From Moniliella sp. 'wahieum' (taxonomy: Eukaryota), in the NCBI GenBank assembly GCA_003971905.1, contig RSEE01000058.1:1-64000 (forward strand): 64,000 nucleotides of DNA, read 5' to 3'. A program made the position numbers and the translations under genes. This document shows, piece after piece, positions 1-12,942 of the stretch. The notes beneath the pieces were generated by a model. That model had not been told where the DNA came from. It did no database searches and saw only the letters and a program-made list of their open reading frames with translations. The number at the start of each line of letters is the position of its first letter. Within the stretch, counting starts at the first letter, position 1.

Positions 1-102
1 GGGAGAGAGTTATGCCGAGGCGATAGCTCGCTATAAAATCGTCCGCTCTATGCAGCATATGCCCTCCGTTTTCCCATCCGACGCCCCGTTCAAAAGTTAC
101 AC

Positions 103-196
103 CCACCCACCCTAACCCTCACCCCCTCACCCACCCCACCCTAACCCTCACCCCCCTCACCCACCCCACCCTAACCCTCACCCCCCTCACCCACCA
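103..196. repeat. ~30-bp C-rich tandem repeat (about 3 copies) containing CCCTAA/CCCTCA hexamers
   Basis: Unit caccctaaccctcacccccctcacccaccc is seen about three times. Confidence 0.8.
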
Positions 197-278
197 CCAT
201 GCCTGACACACCAAGACCAGGCGTCGCATCACAGTGAGAGTGGTAGGGGTGGATAGCTACAGCCTTGGGCTACTCAAA

Positions 279-1942
279 CTAACTCACTCCCGTGGTCTTC
301 CAGTCAAAAGTTGTCTCAACCCTGAATGGGTGGGGTGGGCATGCCCTTGTAACCCTTGTAACCTCATACGCTCCAGGACGATTGAGGTATCTCCTAGGGG
401 CTAGCCCGGTGGCGATGCCCTGGGCTTGACGGGTAATCGGCTGCGGAAAAGTGAAAGTTTGCACATACGTCTAGGCTTGGCGGACAAGGTGGTAAGACTG
501 TGGGGCTAGTAGGTGTTTCGTGGTGGTGCCGTCGTCCGTGGCGTGCGCGTTTGCGTGGGCATTCGTCGGCGCCATCACCATCAGCGTCGCCATCCCCATC
601 GCCATCACCGTCGGGCTCTCCGTCAGGCTCACGTTCCAACGGGCGGGTCGGGGTGGACCCGACGGCGGCCACGTGCTACCGACGCAGACACAACCCCAGC
701 CTCACGCACAGCCATCGAACAAGACCGCTCCCAGACCCAGACCCAGACCCAGATCCAGATCCAGATCCAGAGAGGCTCGGGCGCACGACGCGGAACAAGA
801 CAAAAGGACGTGGGCCGTGCGGGTCCGGAGATAGGTCAAAAGGTTCGCTAACGTTTCCCACCCGGGGGGAGGTGTGTGGCGCGAGGCGCAGGGTGAGGTG
901 GTGCACTCCTCGGGATGCGGCGCGGTTAAGGGTGGTGCTGGGGCGGGGGGCCGTGGTGTCCTGTGTGGGAGAGACGGGGAGGGCGGACGTGCGTGGGTGG
1001 GTCAGGGTGCAGGTGGAGGGATAGGAGAAAGGAGGTGGAGGCGGAGGAAGGGGACAGTTGGGACTGAGGTTGGGACTGGGTCAACGGGGCAGAGAAAAAA
1101 AGAAGGGTGGGATCTGTCAGCTACGCGGGGGATCTAAGTGGCTGTGCACTATAGGGGGGATGTGGGGGGAGGTGTGGGTGGGCAGGAGGGCAAGTAAGCG
1201 AGCGAGGGAGGAATTGATTCTGCGGCCAAAGAGCGAATCGGGGCAGAGAGGGAAGATGGAGGAAACAAGCAAACAACCAAACAAACAACCAATAAACAGA
1301 CAACCCGAAAAGCAAACTGTCAAAGGATGAATGCGTACCATCTCAACCTTCACCACCTTCTTCACAGGTACATCCAAGCTGCCTTCCCACGCCACCGACC
1401 TAATGCGTAGCACACCCACCTCTACCACCACTTCCATCTCCCCACCTTGCACCACTTCCACCACGCTCTCACTCTCGCTCGCACGCCCGCTCTCAGCCTC
1501 GCACTCAGCTTCGACCCCGCCGTCGCTCGAGCTCTTGACTCCAGTACCAGTACGTGCGGGAGGGACCGTCCGGGAGTGGCGATGAGGACGACGCAGGCGC
1601 AGGACCAGATGGGCAATGTCCAGGACGATCCCAGCCCCGCCCGACCCCGACCCCGACCCGGAGCGAGACGCAGCCCAGCCAGATGCAGATCGAGACGGGG
1701 AAAAGAGAACGAATGCGCCGGAGCGGGAGCCAGAGCGGGAGCCGGAACGGGAGGGGGGGTGCGGACGAAGGCGAAGGCTCGTGGTGCGCGGTCGGCGTGG
1801 CTGCATGCGGTGTGCAAGCGCAGGGGCACGGGGATGGGATTGGGATTGAGAGGAGGGTCGGGGGTGGCGAGGCAGCAGGCCGGCGTGGCGCAGGTGGGCG
1901 GTGGAAGTGGAGGTGGAGGTGCGCGGGACAGAGCTGGGCATG
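279..1942 (-). CDS. Hypothetical low-complexity (Ser/Gly/Pro-rich) protein, intron-containing, boundaries uncertain
   Basis: Overlapping minus-strand ORFs (1117-2085, 676-906, 394-672). A plausible intron has a GTACGC donor near 1338, a GCTGAC branch near 1120 and a CAG near 1076. No family recognised. Confidence 0.3.
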
Positions 1943-2284
1943 GTGGCGGGTACCAAGTTGAGCCAAGCCTGCCAGGTGGTGGTGGTGGTGGTGGTGGTGC
2001 GGATGCCGAGGCGAGGATAATAGGAACAGGTGCTGCCCCAGCGAGCGGCAGTTAGAAGCAAGGTTAAGCCAGTGGGGTAAATCAATACTACGGGTCGGTC
2101 ACGTGGATCTATTCTGGGCTATTCCTGTCTGCCCTCTAGCCTGTCGCACAGCCTGCGGAGTCTAGCTGGCTCTACGGCGTATATGCATCGACCCACAACC
2201 CACATCCACATACACATGCCATGTGTTATCATCCCATGCCATGTCATATGCTAACCTAGGACCCTGCGGGCTTCTCCGCCCTCT

Positions 2285-3684
2285 TCACTCGTCCCACACC
2301 CGACTCGGTCGCATGCCCGTCACGCCCGCTCCCGTCGGCTGGGGCGCAGCAGAGGACGAGGACGAGGTGGACTTCCTCTCGATCGCCTCGCCCTCACCTT
2401 CACCTTCACCTTTAGCTTTAGCATCAGCTTCAGCTTCAGTTTCACCTTTCGCTTCACCGGCAAATTCAGCTTGAGTGTCAGTTTGAGCTTCAGGTTCAGC
2501 GTCAGCCTCGCCCTCGTCCTGCGCTGTGGTGGTGAACAAGCTGGTGAGGGCGTGCCGTTTGGGTTTCTTGGGTGGCAAATAGGGAGATTCTGAGTAGAAA
2601 CAAAATCACACAATAGGTCAGGTTGGTGTACGTGTGCCCACGACCAAGCAGAAGAAACATGAAACACGAAACAAGAAAGAAGAAAGAAGCAAGAAAGAAA
2701 GAAGAACCAAACGTACCACCCGTATCGTGAGCCTTGGAGAAATACACCAACTCAGGTCCTTGGGAAACAATCAGCGGCTTGGCCCGATCGTACACGCCCT
2801 CAATCGATTCCAAACCAATGTAGGACGCGATACTGCTCAAGCGAATCGGATTGAGCGAGGTGTAGGTCTGCCACCCGACCCGCTGCCACGCGAGCGTCTG
2901 CTTCGCCTCATCTTCCGCCTCTGGCTTGGTCGTCGTGGCGAACTGAAGTGTATCCCCGTCCCGCTCGGTCACACGGCCGAGATCAGGATGCTTGTACCAA
3001 GTCGAGGCTTAGACCGGGCATGCCGCCTCCGGGGGTGAGCAGCACGTGCGGGCCGGGCTGCGGGTCAAACGACGGCGGCGGCACAGCCTGGCCAGCGTCG
3101 GGAGGCGCGACATGCTGGTCCGCAAGTGCGGCTTCCTGGTCCGGAAGCTCCAGGGCCGGGGGGGACGAGGAAGGAGGCGCAGCGAGGCGGTTGAGCGCGG
3201 CGACCAGGTCGTCGGCCAGGGTATCTTTGCCGGGGGCCTGTTCGGTGGTGGGGGCCCAGCCGACGGGCGGGCTGCCGGCGGGGAGATGAGGAGGAATTCT
3301 TTTCGGCCGGCGGGACGTGCAGGTGGACATCGTCTTGCAGCGGAGCCCAGACCAGCTCGTCGCCCGGCTGGCCAAAGTAGACGCGGATTGCGTCGGGAGC
3401 GGTGAGGGGCAGACGGTCGAGGCGCGCCTTGGCGCGTGCAGCGTCCTGCGCCGACTCAAACACCACGATCGCCCGGCAGTGCGGGGACAGGGGCACGTAC
3501 CGGCGCAGCGGGCCGTACGCATGCAGCAGGTCCAGCAGCGTGCGGCCCAGCTGCGGCGCAAGGAAAAAGTCGGGCGGGAGACGAGTGAAGATGAGGACGG
3601 AGGAAGCAACTACGGGAGCGACGGGAGCGGCGGCCTGCAAGCAACCGGGTCAGCCAGTTCCAGGCGCGCAAAAGCCGCAGACAT
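2285..3684 (-). CDS. RCN1: Calcipressin / regulator of calcineurin (Rcn1/RCAN/Cbp1 family), frameshifted, with a possible long C-terminal extension
   Basis: N-terminal RRM-like segment (YVPLSPHCRAIVVFESAQDAARAK...IRVYFG), then HLHVPPAEKN and, across a frameshift, GSPPVGWAPTTEQAP (the FLISPPxSPPxGW signature). An intron at 2590-2716 (GTACGT...CTGAC...CAG) lies downstream. Confidence 0.75.
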
Positions 3685-3787
3685 TGTGCTTATTCAACAG
3701 ACAGGCGCATGCGCGCTGTGGGAGCCCCCGGGGGCGTACATTAGGGGGTGGGGGGGGGGAAGGGGGAGGCGGTACAGCGCAAGAACA

Positions 3788-4501
3788 CTAGTAGGGACGG
3801 AAGCGGTGGTCGCGGGGCGGCTCGTTTCTTACTTTTCCTGGACCCGCCGTCTCCTGCTCCTCTGCTCCTCCTGCTCCGGCTCGAGCGGGTCGTCGTCGAC
3901 GATGCCGCATGGCCCGCCGGCCATGCAGCCGTTCCGAACGGCCCGAATGCGGCGAGCGGGTTGTCGGCGGCCGCGGCCGGGGCAGGGAGGAGGGTGGCGG
4001 CATAGGAAACGGCGTCAAAGGCGTCTTGGAGTGTCGCGTCCGAGTCGGGGGGGACGGTGACCCACATCTCGGTCAGGGTGCCGGGGCCGTCGTCGTCGTC
4101 GTCGTCGTCGTGCTCCGGGGCATCGTCGAGGTGGAGGTAGAGGGCGGTGGCGGCGGGGGCGGCGAGGGGCGGCGGGAGGGAGCGGGTGAGGGCGTGGAGG
4201 GTGATGCCGCGGTGGGCGACGGTGAAGCCGGGGCCGGTGTCGGGGAGGAAGCTGAGGGCGGCGTCGGTGATCCAGAGCTGGCCGTGGGCGTGGACGGGGG
4301 CGCTGTGGGGGTGCGGGTGGGGCGCGAGAGCGCAGCGCGGGAGGGCGGGGAGGGGGAGAGGCGGAGGTGGGCAGGGGTGCGTGCCAGCGCAGGACGGGCG
4401 GCACGCGCTCCAGCGTGGCAGGCGTGGCACCGGCGCTGTGTGCGGCGGCGGCGGGGAGGGTGGGCGGGGGGGCGTGGAGGAGTGCGAGAGGAGGGGGGCA
4501 T
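3788..4501 (-). CDS. LOT5: Lot5/pICln-like protein (Voldacs domain)
   Basis: GQLWITDAALSF...GFTVAHRGITLHALTR...LYLHLDD, an acidic run, then EMWV...LQDAFDAVSYAATLLP. The C-terminus GKVRNE...HRFRPY* is in a shifted frame. Confidence 0.75.
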
Positions 4502-4817
4502 TGTGGGGGGTTAGGGTGTGGTGGGGGGGACGCAGGCTGCGGTGGACGCAGCCGCAGGGGGGCGCTGGCGGGTGCAATTTCAAATTGCAGCGGGTGGCGT
4601 GTTGCCGTGTGGGCAGCCCACGTACAGACAGAGGCATGCGCATGGCTGGGACATGTGATGTGGCCTGGGACATGTGACATGCCGTAGACAGTTGAACGTT
4701 AACTGTAAGGCACGCACTGGCTGACCTCAGCCAACAGCCAGCAGCCCACCCACCATCCTACTAGTTAACCCTGCCCCCCCTGCATCAACCAGCGCTGCCC
4801 TCCACCTGGATCCCACC

Positions 4818-7663
4818 ATGGCTGCTGCCCCCGCTCGCTGGGCACCCGAGCCCGCAGCCCCCCGACCCGCTGCATGCGCTCGCCGCCGACTCGAGCGCCT
4901 CCTTCGCCGCCGACTCGGACGCCGACGCCACCCTCAGCCACGCCGCGCCCACCACGCCCCACCCCGCGCCCCCTCGCACGCCCAGCCCACCCCGTCTCTC
5001 GCCCGACCTCTCCCTCGCACACCCACACCACACCCACACCCACACGAGCCCCCCCCCGACCCCCTCAGCACCGCCGCCCGTGCCGTCGATGCCGCCGCCC
5101 TGTTGATCGAGCAGCTGCGCCAGGCCGTCTACACCCTCGAGGAAGAGCGCCATCGCTCCGACGCCGCCCAGGCCCACCCCCCCCTCCCTCTGCGCCCGAG
5201 CCCGACGCCCCCGAGCAGGACACACCCCAGCCAGATGCCCCCCGGCCCCACCACCGGCGCAGCCCACGCTCGACACGCTCATGATCGAGTTGGATGCCAA
5301 GTTGGAGCATACCAACCGCGCCTTTATGCTGCTCGACACGGCGCTCGACGCGCTGCCCGAGGATGAGCCGCTTCTTCGTCCCACAAGCACGGCCTGACGC
5401 TGCACACCGTACCCAGCAGTTCCTCGCTTGCCTCCCTCACCAGCGCAACCAGCTTTGACGACGAACTCTGGGCGGCCGGAGACATGTCGAGCGATGCGGC
5501 GCTGACGCTTGCCGCCGACACGGCCCGCGCGGCTCGGGTTCGGCACGCGCAGCCGCCGCGCGGACCGGGCTGGTGGCTTGGGCCAAACCTGGTCTCAGCT
5601 CCAAGACGAGGTGGAAATGGTTCGGCGCGAGCTGGTGGACGATAAGCAGCAGCGTGCCTTTTCCGGCGTGGTGGCGCATGCGCACGAGCTGATGGACAGT
5701 TTGGCACGCGCGTTGGATGCGCAGGATGCCGTGGTGCGCGACTGGCCGTCGGTCGAGGCGGCCTGTCTCAGCGCGCTGGCCGGCACTCGGACCCGGACCC
5801 GGACGACTCGGGCCACACGCTTCTCGACCTCGACACGGCCTTGTCGCGAACCGAGACGTACGGCTGGATCTGGCCTCGGTGGGCCGCAAAACGGACGTGA
5901 AGCTTTCGTACTGTGCCCAGCGTCCAGCGCGCGTTTTCCGGATTGGCTGCGATGCTCCACAGCCGCAACACATCCCATGGCGGTGCGGAGCGCATGCGCC
6001 TTGCCGCGGTCGAACGCTGGGAGAAGCTGACGCAACGCACTGCCACCTCGGCCCGGGAACGTCGGGAGAGTAGCGCATGCGCATCGAGCCGTGGTGCGCA
6101 AACTGGCTGCTGCCGCATCGGCGGATCCGGAACGCGACGCTGCCTTGGCAGCTGCTGCCGCTGCTGCTGCCGACGCAAGCGCCGACCTTTCCAATAGCTT
6201 TAGCTCGATCGGCGACCTTAGTTCGTCCGGTACCATCGTCTTCCCACTACCTCTTCTTCGCCCACCGAGTCGAGAGGCACACCGGACGCAGCCAGTTCCA
6301 CGCCCCGCCGTAGGGAACGGCGGCTGCCTTCTGGTTCACGTCGGGTCTGGCCCGAACGGCCGGTCGGATCGCAGTCTTCTTCCTCTCCCCGGGCGAGGAG
6401 AGAAACGGCCCGGTCCGGAGGTGAACACGCCCAGCTCCCTTGGTCCGCGCCGTCCGCCTAGGGACCCAAGACGGGTCAGTGACGCCTCGTCGTCGGCCCC
6501 CCCTAAACCCCCCCGTGGGATAGAGAAGCGCTCGCCGCCCGCTGGAGTACGCAGCCTGGGGCGTAGCGCGCCGCGCGCGCACCTGCCCCGCTCGCACGAC
6601 TCGGTGGTCAATTTGGCGCGCGCACTGGACCGTCTCGCGCTCGATCCCCGAGAGGATGCCTCTAGCTCTCCCGCTGCGTTGGCCGCCGGACGGGGCGCGC
6701 TGGGTCTATCTCTCACGCGGTCGATCTATGACGATGCGCCGCCCAGGCGCACTCGGTGCCGGTGCGTGGAGCCAGTCCTGTGTCTTCCACCAGTGGCGAG
6801 ACAGCTACCACGGCCACCACGGCGCCCAGTGTCGGGGCGCGTCCGCCGAGCCGCGGGGGCAAACGATTGTCTCGCATTCCACGGCTCTCCTCCAGCCTCG
6901 CGCTGGGCAGCCCTTCTCGGCCCGGCTCGGCGCGGCCTCCGTCGGCGCTCAGTTCACATGGGATGGAAGGTACGCCGCCGGTGGGCAGTTTGCACCTTGC
7001 GCGTTCGCCCAGTTCGCTCGGGGCGTCATCGCACACACCACGTACGCCACGTTCGCGCGGCCCACCACCGTCGTCGCGCAGCGCCAGGCCGCACTCCGTC
7101 CGAGGCGGCCCGCGCACCGTGGCGCAAACCCCCGACCCAGTGATTGCTCAACGCGCCCAACGTCTTTCTGCGTTTTACCGGGCGTGCGTCGTCTTGCGCC
7201 CAGTCCTGGGCCAGGGAGCCGGCCAGCTGCAGCCAGTGGCGCACGGGGCGAACGTAGTGCGCAACCCGTGTCGCCCCCCGGCCGGCCGAGCAGTACGCGG
7301 CCCAGTTCGCGCATGCGCCCCGCGTCGCGCATGGACGAGACAACCTACGGCGAAGGTGGGGGGGGAGCTACGTGCCGAACGCGCTGGACGATCTGGATGT
7401 GGCAGTCGGGGGTTGCGAATGCGGTCGGGGTGGCGATCGCGCGTCTGGAGCCGCCTTTGGGACGCGGACAGCGCCTGGTCCTGGGACCAGGCAAGGAGGC
7501 GCATGCGCGCTATGCGCTGGGCGGGCGGCCGGTCATGTGCAAGATCCTCGAGTTGCATCGCCCGGGCGCGGCGTCAGGACCAAGAACGACGCGCAAGACC
7601 ATGGTCCGCGCCGAGGGGTTCTGGCAAGACCTCGAGACGTGGCTTCTGACGCGGCTCGAGTGA
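4818..7663 (+). CDS. KAR9: Karyogamy/spindle-positioning protein Kar9-like with a C-terminal GAS2/GAR-like domain (frameshifted)
   Basis: Kar9-type helices: QAVYTLEEERH, LDTLMIELDAKLE, WSQLQDEVEMVRRELVDDKQQRAFSGVVAHAHELMDSLARAL. A Ser/Pro/Arg-rich middle follows. The C-terminus YVPNALDDLDVAV...ARYALGGRPVMCKILEL...KTMVRAEGFWQDLETWL resembles the GAR motif MVRVGGGW. Confidence 0.7.
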
Positions 7664-8590
7664 TGCATGATGTTGCTCCGGAGACGGGTGCGACAGGAGG
7701 AAGAGGAACAAGTGTACCAGCTGCGCTGGATCGTGTTTGCTTCCTCTGTCCGTATGTCGTGTCTACCGTGCTCATCTTTTGTCTGCCTGCCTGGCCAGCG
7801 ATGGGCCGGGTGCGGGTATCTACCACGTCTCGGTGGCCTCTTTCTGTTCTCGCCTTTCCGGTCTTTTGATGACGATGGCCCCAGGGCGATCTACATGCTG
7901 TACACACCAAAAAGAGACGCGTATGTTGTTGGCGGTGCGTGTGGGATGGTGGAGTTGATGTAGCGTGTATAGCTGTAGCTGTTCGCTGTGCATAGCAAGG
8001 CTGAAAGCCGATATCTGAGGTCTGACGAGGGCGATGAAGGTGAGATGAGGAGCATCGTTGTACCAATGAAGGAAAGCACATGATTGACTGGGGCTTGCTC
8101 CCCCCGAGAATGGCAAGACCACGCCATCGTTAGCCTTCGGACAGGATCGCCTGCACTTGATAAGGGCCTGCCCACATGCATGGCTGCTGCGTACTGACTA
8201 TTGATGGGGGCAGAGAGAGTGAGATAGCTGGTGATCGATAGTGCGACACACTGGCGCCATGCCGCGTGCAGATCACATGGTCGATCATGCCGCGCTGCCT
8301 GGCATTGCACCGCGGAGGGCACTGGCCCACTGTGCTGGGCAGCCAGCAGCGAGCTGGTGAGCGCCGAAAGCTACCGTCTAACGCGCTGCATATGGACACG
8401 CATCTGACTAGTGAGTGGGATGCTACGCCACTCGCCTGCCCGGCCCAATCAGCATACGGCCTTGAAAACCAAGAGCAGGTCCTCGCGCTCGCTGCTGCTT
8501 TTGCACGTTCGCGCCCCCACTCCCACCACCCCACCTCCTCTCCGTCTGTCCTACCCCTTCGCCATCCCCCCCCACACGCTCACTACCCGC

Positions 8591-10528
8591 ATGCGCACCC
8601 TCCTTTGTCTCGCCGCCGCTGCGTGGGCGGTGCTCCATGCCCATGCCCACGCCCACGCCCACGCCCACGCCCACACCCACACCCACGCCTCCCCCTTCCG
8701 CCGCGGCCATCACCCAACGCTCTCTCCCCGCGAACCCAGCCACGGCAAGATCCGTGGGTTCGAGCTCAACACGCCCCCGCCGCTGGATGCTGGCCAAGTG
8801 GGCTTGTTCCGCCAGTGTCGGCATCAGCTGCTGTACAATTCGTTTGGTCTCAATTCGAGCCAGCTCAAGACGGGAGCGTGGAGCCCGGAGCTGGTCAGCG
8901 ACTGTGGCCACCCCTCCACTGGCGTGGAATTGAACTGGAATTGTCCGGTACCAGTGCGTCTTTTCCCACCCCTGTGTTGTCCTCGGTAGCAGGGCACTGA
9001 CCTGAGGGCGCGAGCCATGCCTATCCAGGTTCCGGAACACAGTACGACCGTCTTGCCTCGATCTACCTTGATGGGGTAGAGCTTTGGCGGCACGACAATC
9101 CCGAGCCCACAAAGGCTGGCGTGGTCTGGAACACACGCAAGGATGTGAGCAAGTACTACCATTTGATTGCCAAAAAGGAGAAGCGGGAGGTCGTCTTGTC
9201 CTTCCCCAACTATGTCAAACAACATTGACAATGGGTTGCTCAATGTGACGCTGGATATTGTGGTTCATGTGCCGCGCAACCCGGAGGGGTACACGGGCCC
9301 CAGTCCGCTTGCCCATCGCACGGCGCAGCACATTGTGCCCATCTCCTACAACATTACCGACAACGACTCCAAGTTTTCCGTCGGGGGCGACGGCAACCCA
9401 CCTTCTGGCAACACCACATCTCCCTTCCCCGCCACACGCGCGCGGCCGTGGTGGAGATTTATGCGTCGGGGACGAACGAAGAAGAGTTTGGTACACATCG
9501 GTCAGTGACGATCTGTATACCTCTCTTCCTGCCAGCACAGTTCAGAATTTGGGGCTGTACCCTCATGGGCCGGTGCGGGAGGTGCAGGTGCGGGTGGACA
9601 ATCGGTTGGCAGGGTTGCCCAGCCGATGGCAGTCATTTACTGGCGGCATCTGCCCTGGCATGTGGAGGCCCATGGTCTCTTTTGGAACGTTCAACCAGCC
9701 TACCTATACACTCGATCTGACTCCCTTTGTGCCCATCCTGGCCGACGGCCACCCGCACAACGTATCTCTCACAGTGGTGTCTGCCGAGAAGAACGGGACG
9801 ATTGATGCGTCGTGGTTCGTCAGTGGCAACATCCAAGCCACCCTCGACCCGTCTGGCCAGCCTACCACGGGGCACATTGTGCATTACGAGGCGGAGGAGC
9901 TGCCGTACGGTTCGCTGACGAGCCACTACCGCCATACGGGAAACAACTCGTTTGAGGACATCATCCAGAGCCAGCAGCCGCGCACGCTCAAGATCGAAGC
10001 GGTGGTCAAGACGGGTTCGGATGCGCAGGGAAAACGGATCCGATGGGAGCAGACGGCTACCACCTTTGCCAACAATACGGTCACCGACAATGGCAATGCC
10101 CAAATCAATGTGGTCAACTCGCAGGGCCATGCGCATTCCTCCCATGGCGGCCAGCCCTTCCTGTCGTACCGCTGGGACCTGCCCTTGCACGTGACCACGT
10201 TCAGCACGGAAACCAGCTTGACAACGAGCGTGCACAAGGGGTACGATACCCACCTCGTCTCCCACGACCATCGTCTCGGTCTGCCGGCCTGGACGCACAT
10301 TCGCACGCGCCAACTCTCCCGGGCGGGTACGGGATCAACGCGCAACAGGAGCTCACTTCGGTCTATGGCAATGCGAGCCAACACTATGCTTACTCGGATG
10401 CCAATCGCAACACGTTTGATCGCACCACGCATGTCTGGGACGTGAATGCCACCACGTCGGTCACGCACGACCGCGTGGGCGGATCGCTGGCGGTGTATGC
10501 GGCGGAGATTGAGCCTCCGTCGGCGTGA
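8591..10528 (+). CDS. Secreted peptide-N4-(N-acetyl-beta-glucosaminyl)asparagine amidase A (PNGase A family), frameshifted
   Basis: Signal peptide MRTLLCLAAAAWAVL. Family motifs GTQYDRLASIYLDGVELWR, VEIYASGTNEEEF/WYT, GPVREVQV, FTGGICPGMWRPMV and YTLDLTPFVPILADG. Confidence 0.85.
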
Positions 10529-11974
10529 GAGGGAGTGGTTGGGGGTTGATGGTGATGCGGACGTCTGGGCATCTTTGCGTCTTTGCGTCTTGGCGTCATT
10601 GCCGGATGAAAGAGTTGGTTGTATATTCGCTCGCGCTGTGTTCTGAGCATGTTTTGCGATTGCTCCTACTTGTGAATTATTCTACCGAGTTAGGAGGTTG
10701 AAGACGTTGAAGCCAGTGAAGCTTGGAGGGTTTGAACGTACGTTGGATATTCAGTGGCATAGAAATGCCAGAGGTCAATTGAGACTGGCTTGCCCTAGAG
10801 CTCGGACAGACGCTTTGAAGTCGGGTGTGATTTCTATACCAAATGCTTGCAGGGATAGAGATGATGGGGCGGACTAAGAAAAAGCGAAAGAAGCATGTCT
10901 GGGTTCAACGTTCAATGTGGGTCATTATCAGTGGTACGGTCCACCGTGGTTGCTACTCTCAGATCCCACGAAGGGCGAGTTGTTGTTCCCAGCATTGTGG
11001 CATTCCCCAGGTACAGCTGCCCTGGTGGGAGCGGCGTGGCGTAACCAACTCGGAAACGGAGCAGACTGACTGAGGGGGGTAACAGAGACCTGAGGCGAAG
11101 CCGATGATGATCCGATTTGAGCCTCCCTCTCGTCCGCGCGCCCGAAGGCCGAGGGGCCCCAGACGGAAAGAAGGGATGTCGATGCGGGTGGAATGTGGAA
11201 TGTGAGGCCAGAGGGTGGCAGCCTGTGTTTTGGTGTGGGTGGGTTGGTTTGATTTGGGGCTGGCCGAGGCGAGCGGCGGTGAGGCGTGACGCGCAAGGGT
11301 GAGCAGGGATGGATGATGGATGGTGATGAGGATGAAGCGAAGGAAGGCGTGGAGACTGGCGAGTGTCGATTGGGCGGGCTGAGATTCTCGATTCTGAGAG
11401 GAGCGCTGTGCTGCGGCAGCGGCGCTAAGATGATCTGTGGATGATCGAAAACACGCAGTGCCGAGAGTGCACCAGTGCCAGCCAGAAGGCGAGACGCGCG
11501 CCATGTCAGACACGAGCCAAAACCAGCGCCTATCGCCTATCGCCGCCGCAGCAGGCCTGCGACCCACGCATGGGTTTGGCTGCTGCTTGTGGCCACGTGG
11601 GTTGTCCTGGGTTGTCCGGGCGCTGCGCCGCAGTCAGCTCGCCGCTCCACGTAAAAGCCGCCCCCCAACACCTCCCCCCCGCGCCCCGCACAGAACCTTT
11701 CAAGGGCAGACGCCTTTGCAGCTGCTGCACACAGTCCGCTACCTCCGTTTACCCAAGTCCGCACAGGCACAGCGCCCGTGTCCCATGGCGGTTAGCACCT
11801 GCCGCCTCTGCTGCGGCTGGCTTCGGCACGATATATATATCTCCAGTCTGGCCCGACCACTGCCTGTAACCTCATCTTGCCACGCCGCTCCGCTCTGTCC
11901 TTCCCTCCAGCCCACACCCCCCCCCCCACCGCCGCCTCTCACGCCTCCTCGGATCTCCTCATCGACCATTCACC

Positions 11975-12942
11975 ATGGCTCCCGTCCAAGGCGGTTTCTT
12001 GGGCCAACATTGCCGTTGGCGTCACGAAAATTTGAGGTAACCACGCTGGGCCAACCGCTGGAGGTGGTCAAGACCCAGATGGCCTCCAACCGATCCCAGT
12101 CGATGGCGCAGGCGCTCAAGACGGTGTGGTCACGCGGAGGCATCTTTGGCTTTACCAAGGCCTGATCCCAGGGCCTGGATCGAAGCGTCGACCAAGGGGG
12201 GCGTGCTCATGTTTACTGCCAGCGGCATCGACTCGGCCGCGCAACCACCTCGGTCTGTCTGCGAGCTGGGCCGGCCTCCTGGGTGGCATGGGCGGCGGCA
12301 TTGCACAAGCATATGCCACATGGGCTTTTGCACCACCATGAAGACGGCCGAGATTACGAGGCACAAGCAGGCTGCCGCTGGCGCGCCTACCGCCTCCACC
12401 TGGGCCCTGTTTGCTGATATTATCGCCGCGAGGGCATCAAAGGCATCAACAAGGGCGTGAATGCCGTTGCCTTTCGTCAAATGACAACTGGGGCAGCCGC
12501 ATGGGCTTTGCCCGTCTGGCGGAGGCCCCCGTACGCCAGCTCAGTGGCAAGTCGGCATCGGACAAGTTGTCGGCGCCCGAGCGGATCGTGTGTTCCTCCC
12601 TTGGTGGAGCTCTGGCTACGTGGAACCAACCAATTGAGGTGATTCGCGTCGAGATGCAGTCCATGGCCAAGGACGCCAATCGACCAGCCAACATGACGAT
12701 CGCTAGCACCGCCAAGTACATTTACACCAACAATGGCATCCTTGGACTCTACCGGGGGCGTGACGCCGCGAATCTGCTTGAGCGTTTGGCAAACTGTACG
12801 TATGTGTTCCGTTGACCCGCATGCAATGTGCTTTGGGTGATTTGATGTGCTGACTGCCCCATGGGTTGTGCGGTACTAATAGATCTGTATGTCACACTGG
12901 CGGATATGTCAAGGAGTCATTGCGGGCAAAAGCTCCGTGTGA
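11975..12942 (+). CDS. YHM2: Mitochondrial citrate/oxoglutarate carrier (Yhm2), frameshifted; intron ~12796-12882
   Basis: [59 protein letters not shown] and [14 protein letters not shown]. Confidence 0.9.

Noticed and set aside
103..196. Telomere
   Set aside because: Only isolated CCCTAA hexamers inside a 30-bp unit, with ordinary sequence on both sides.
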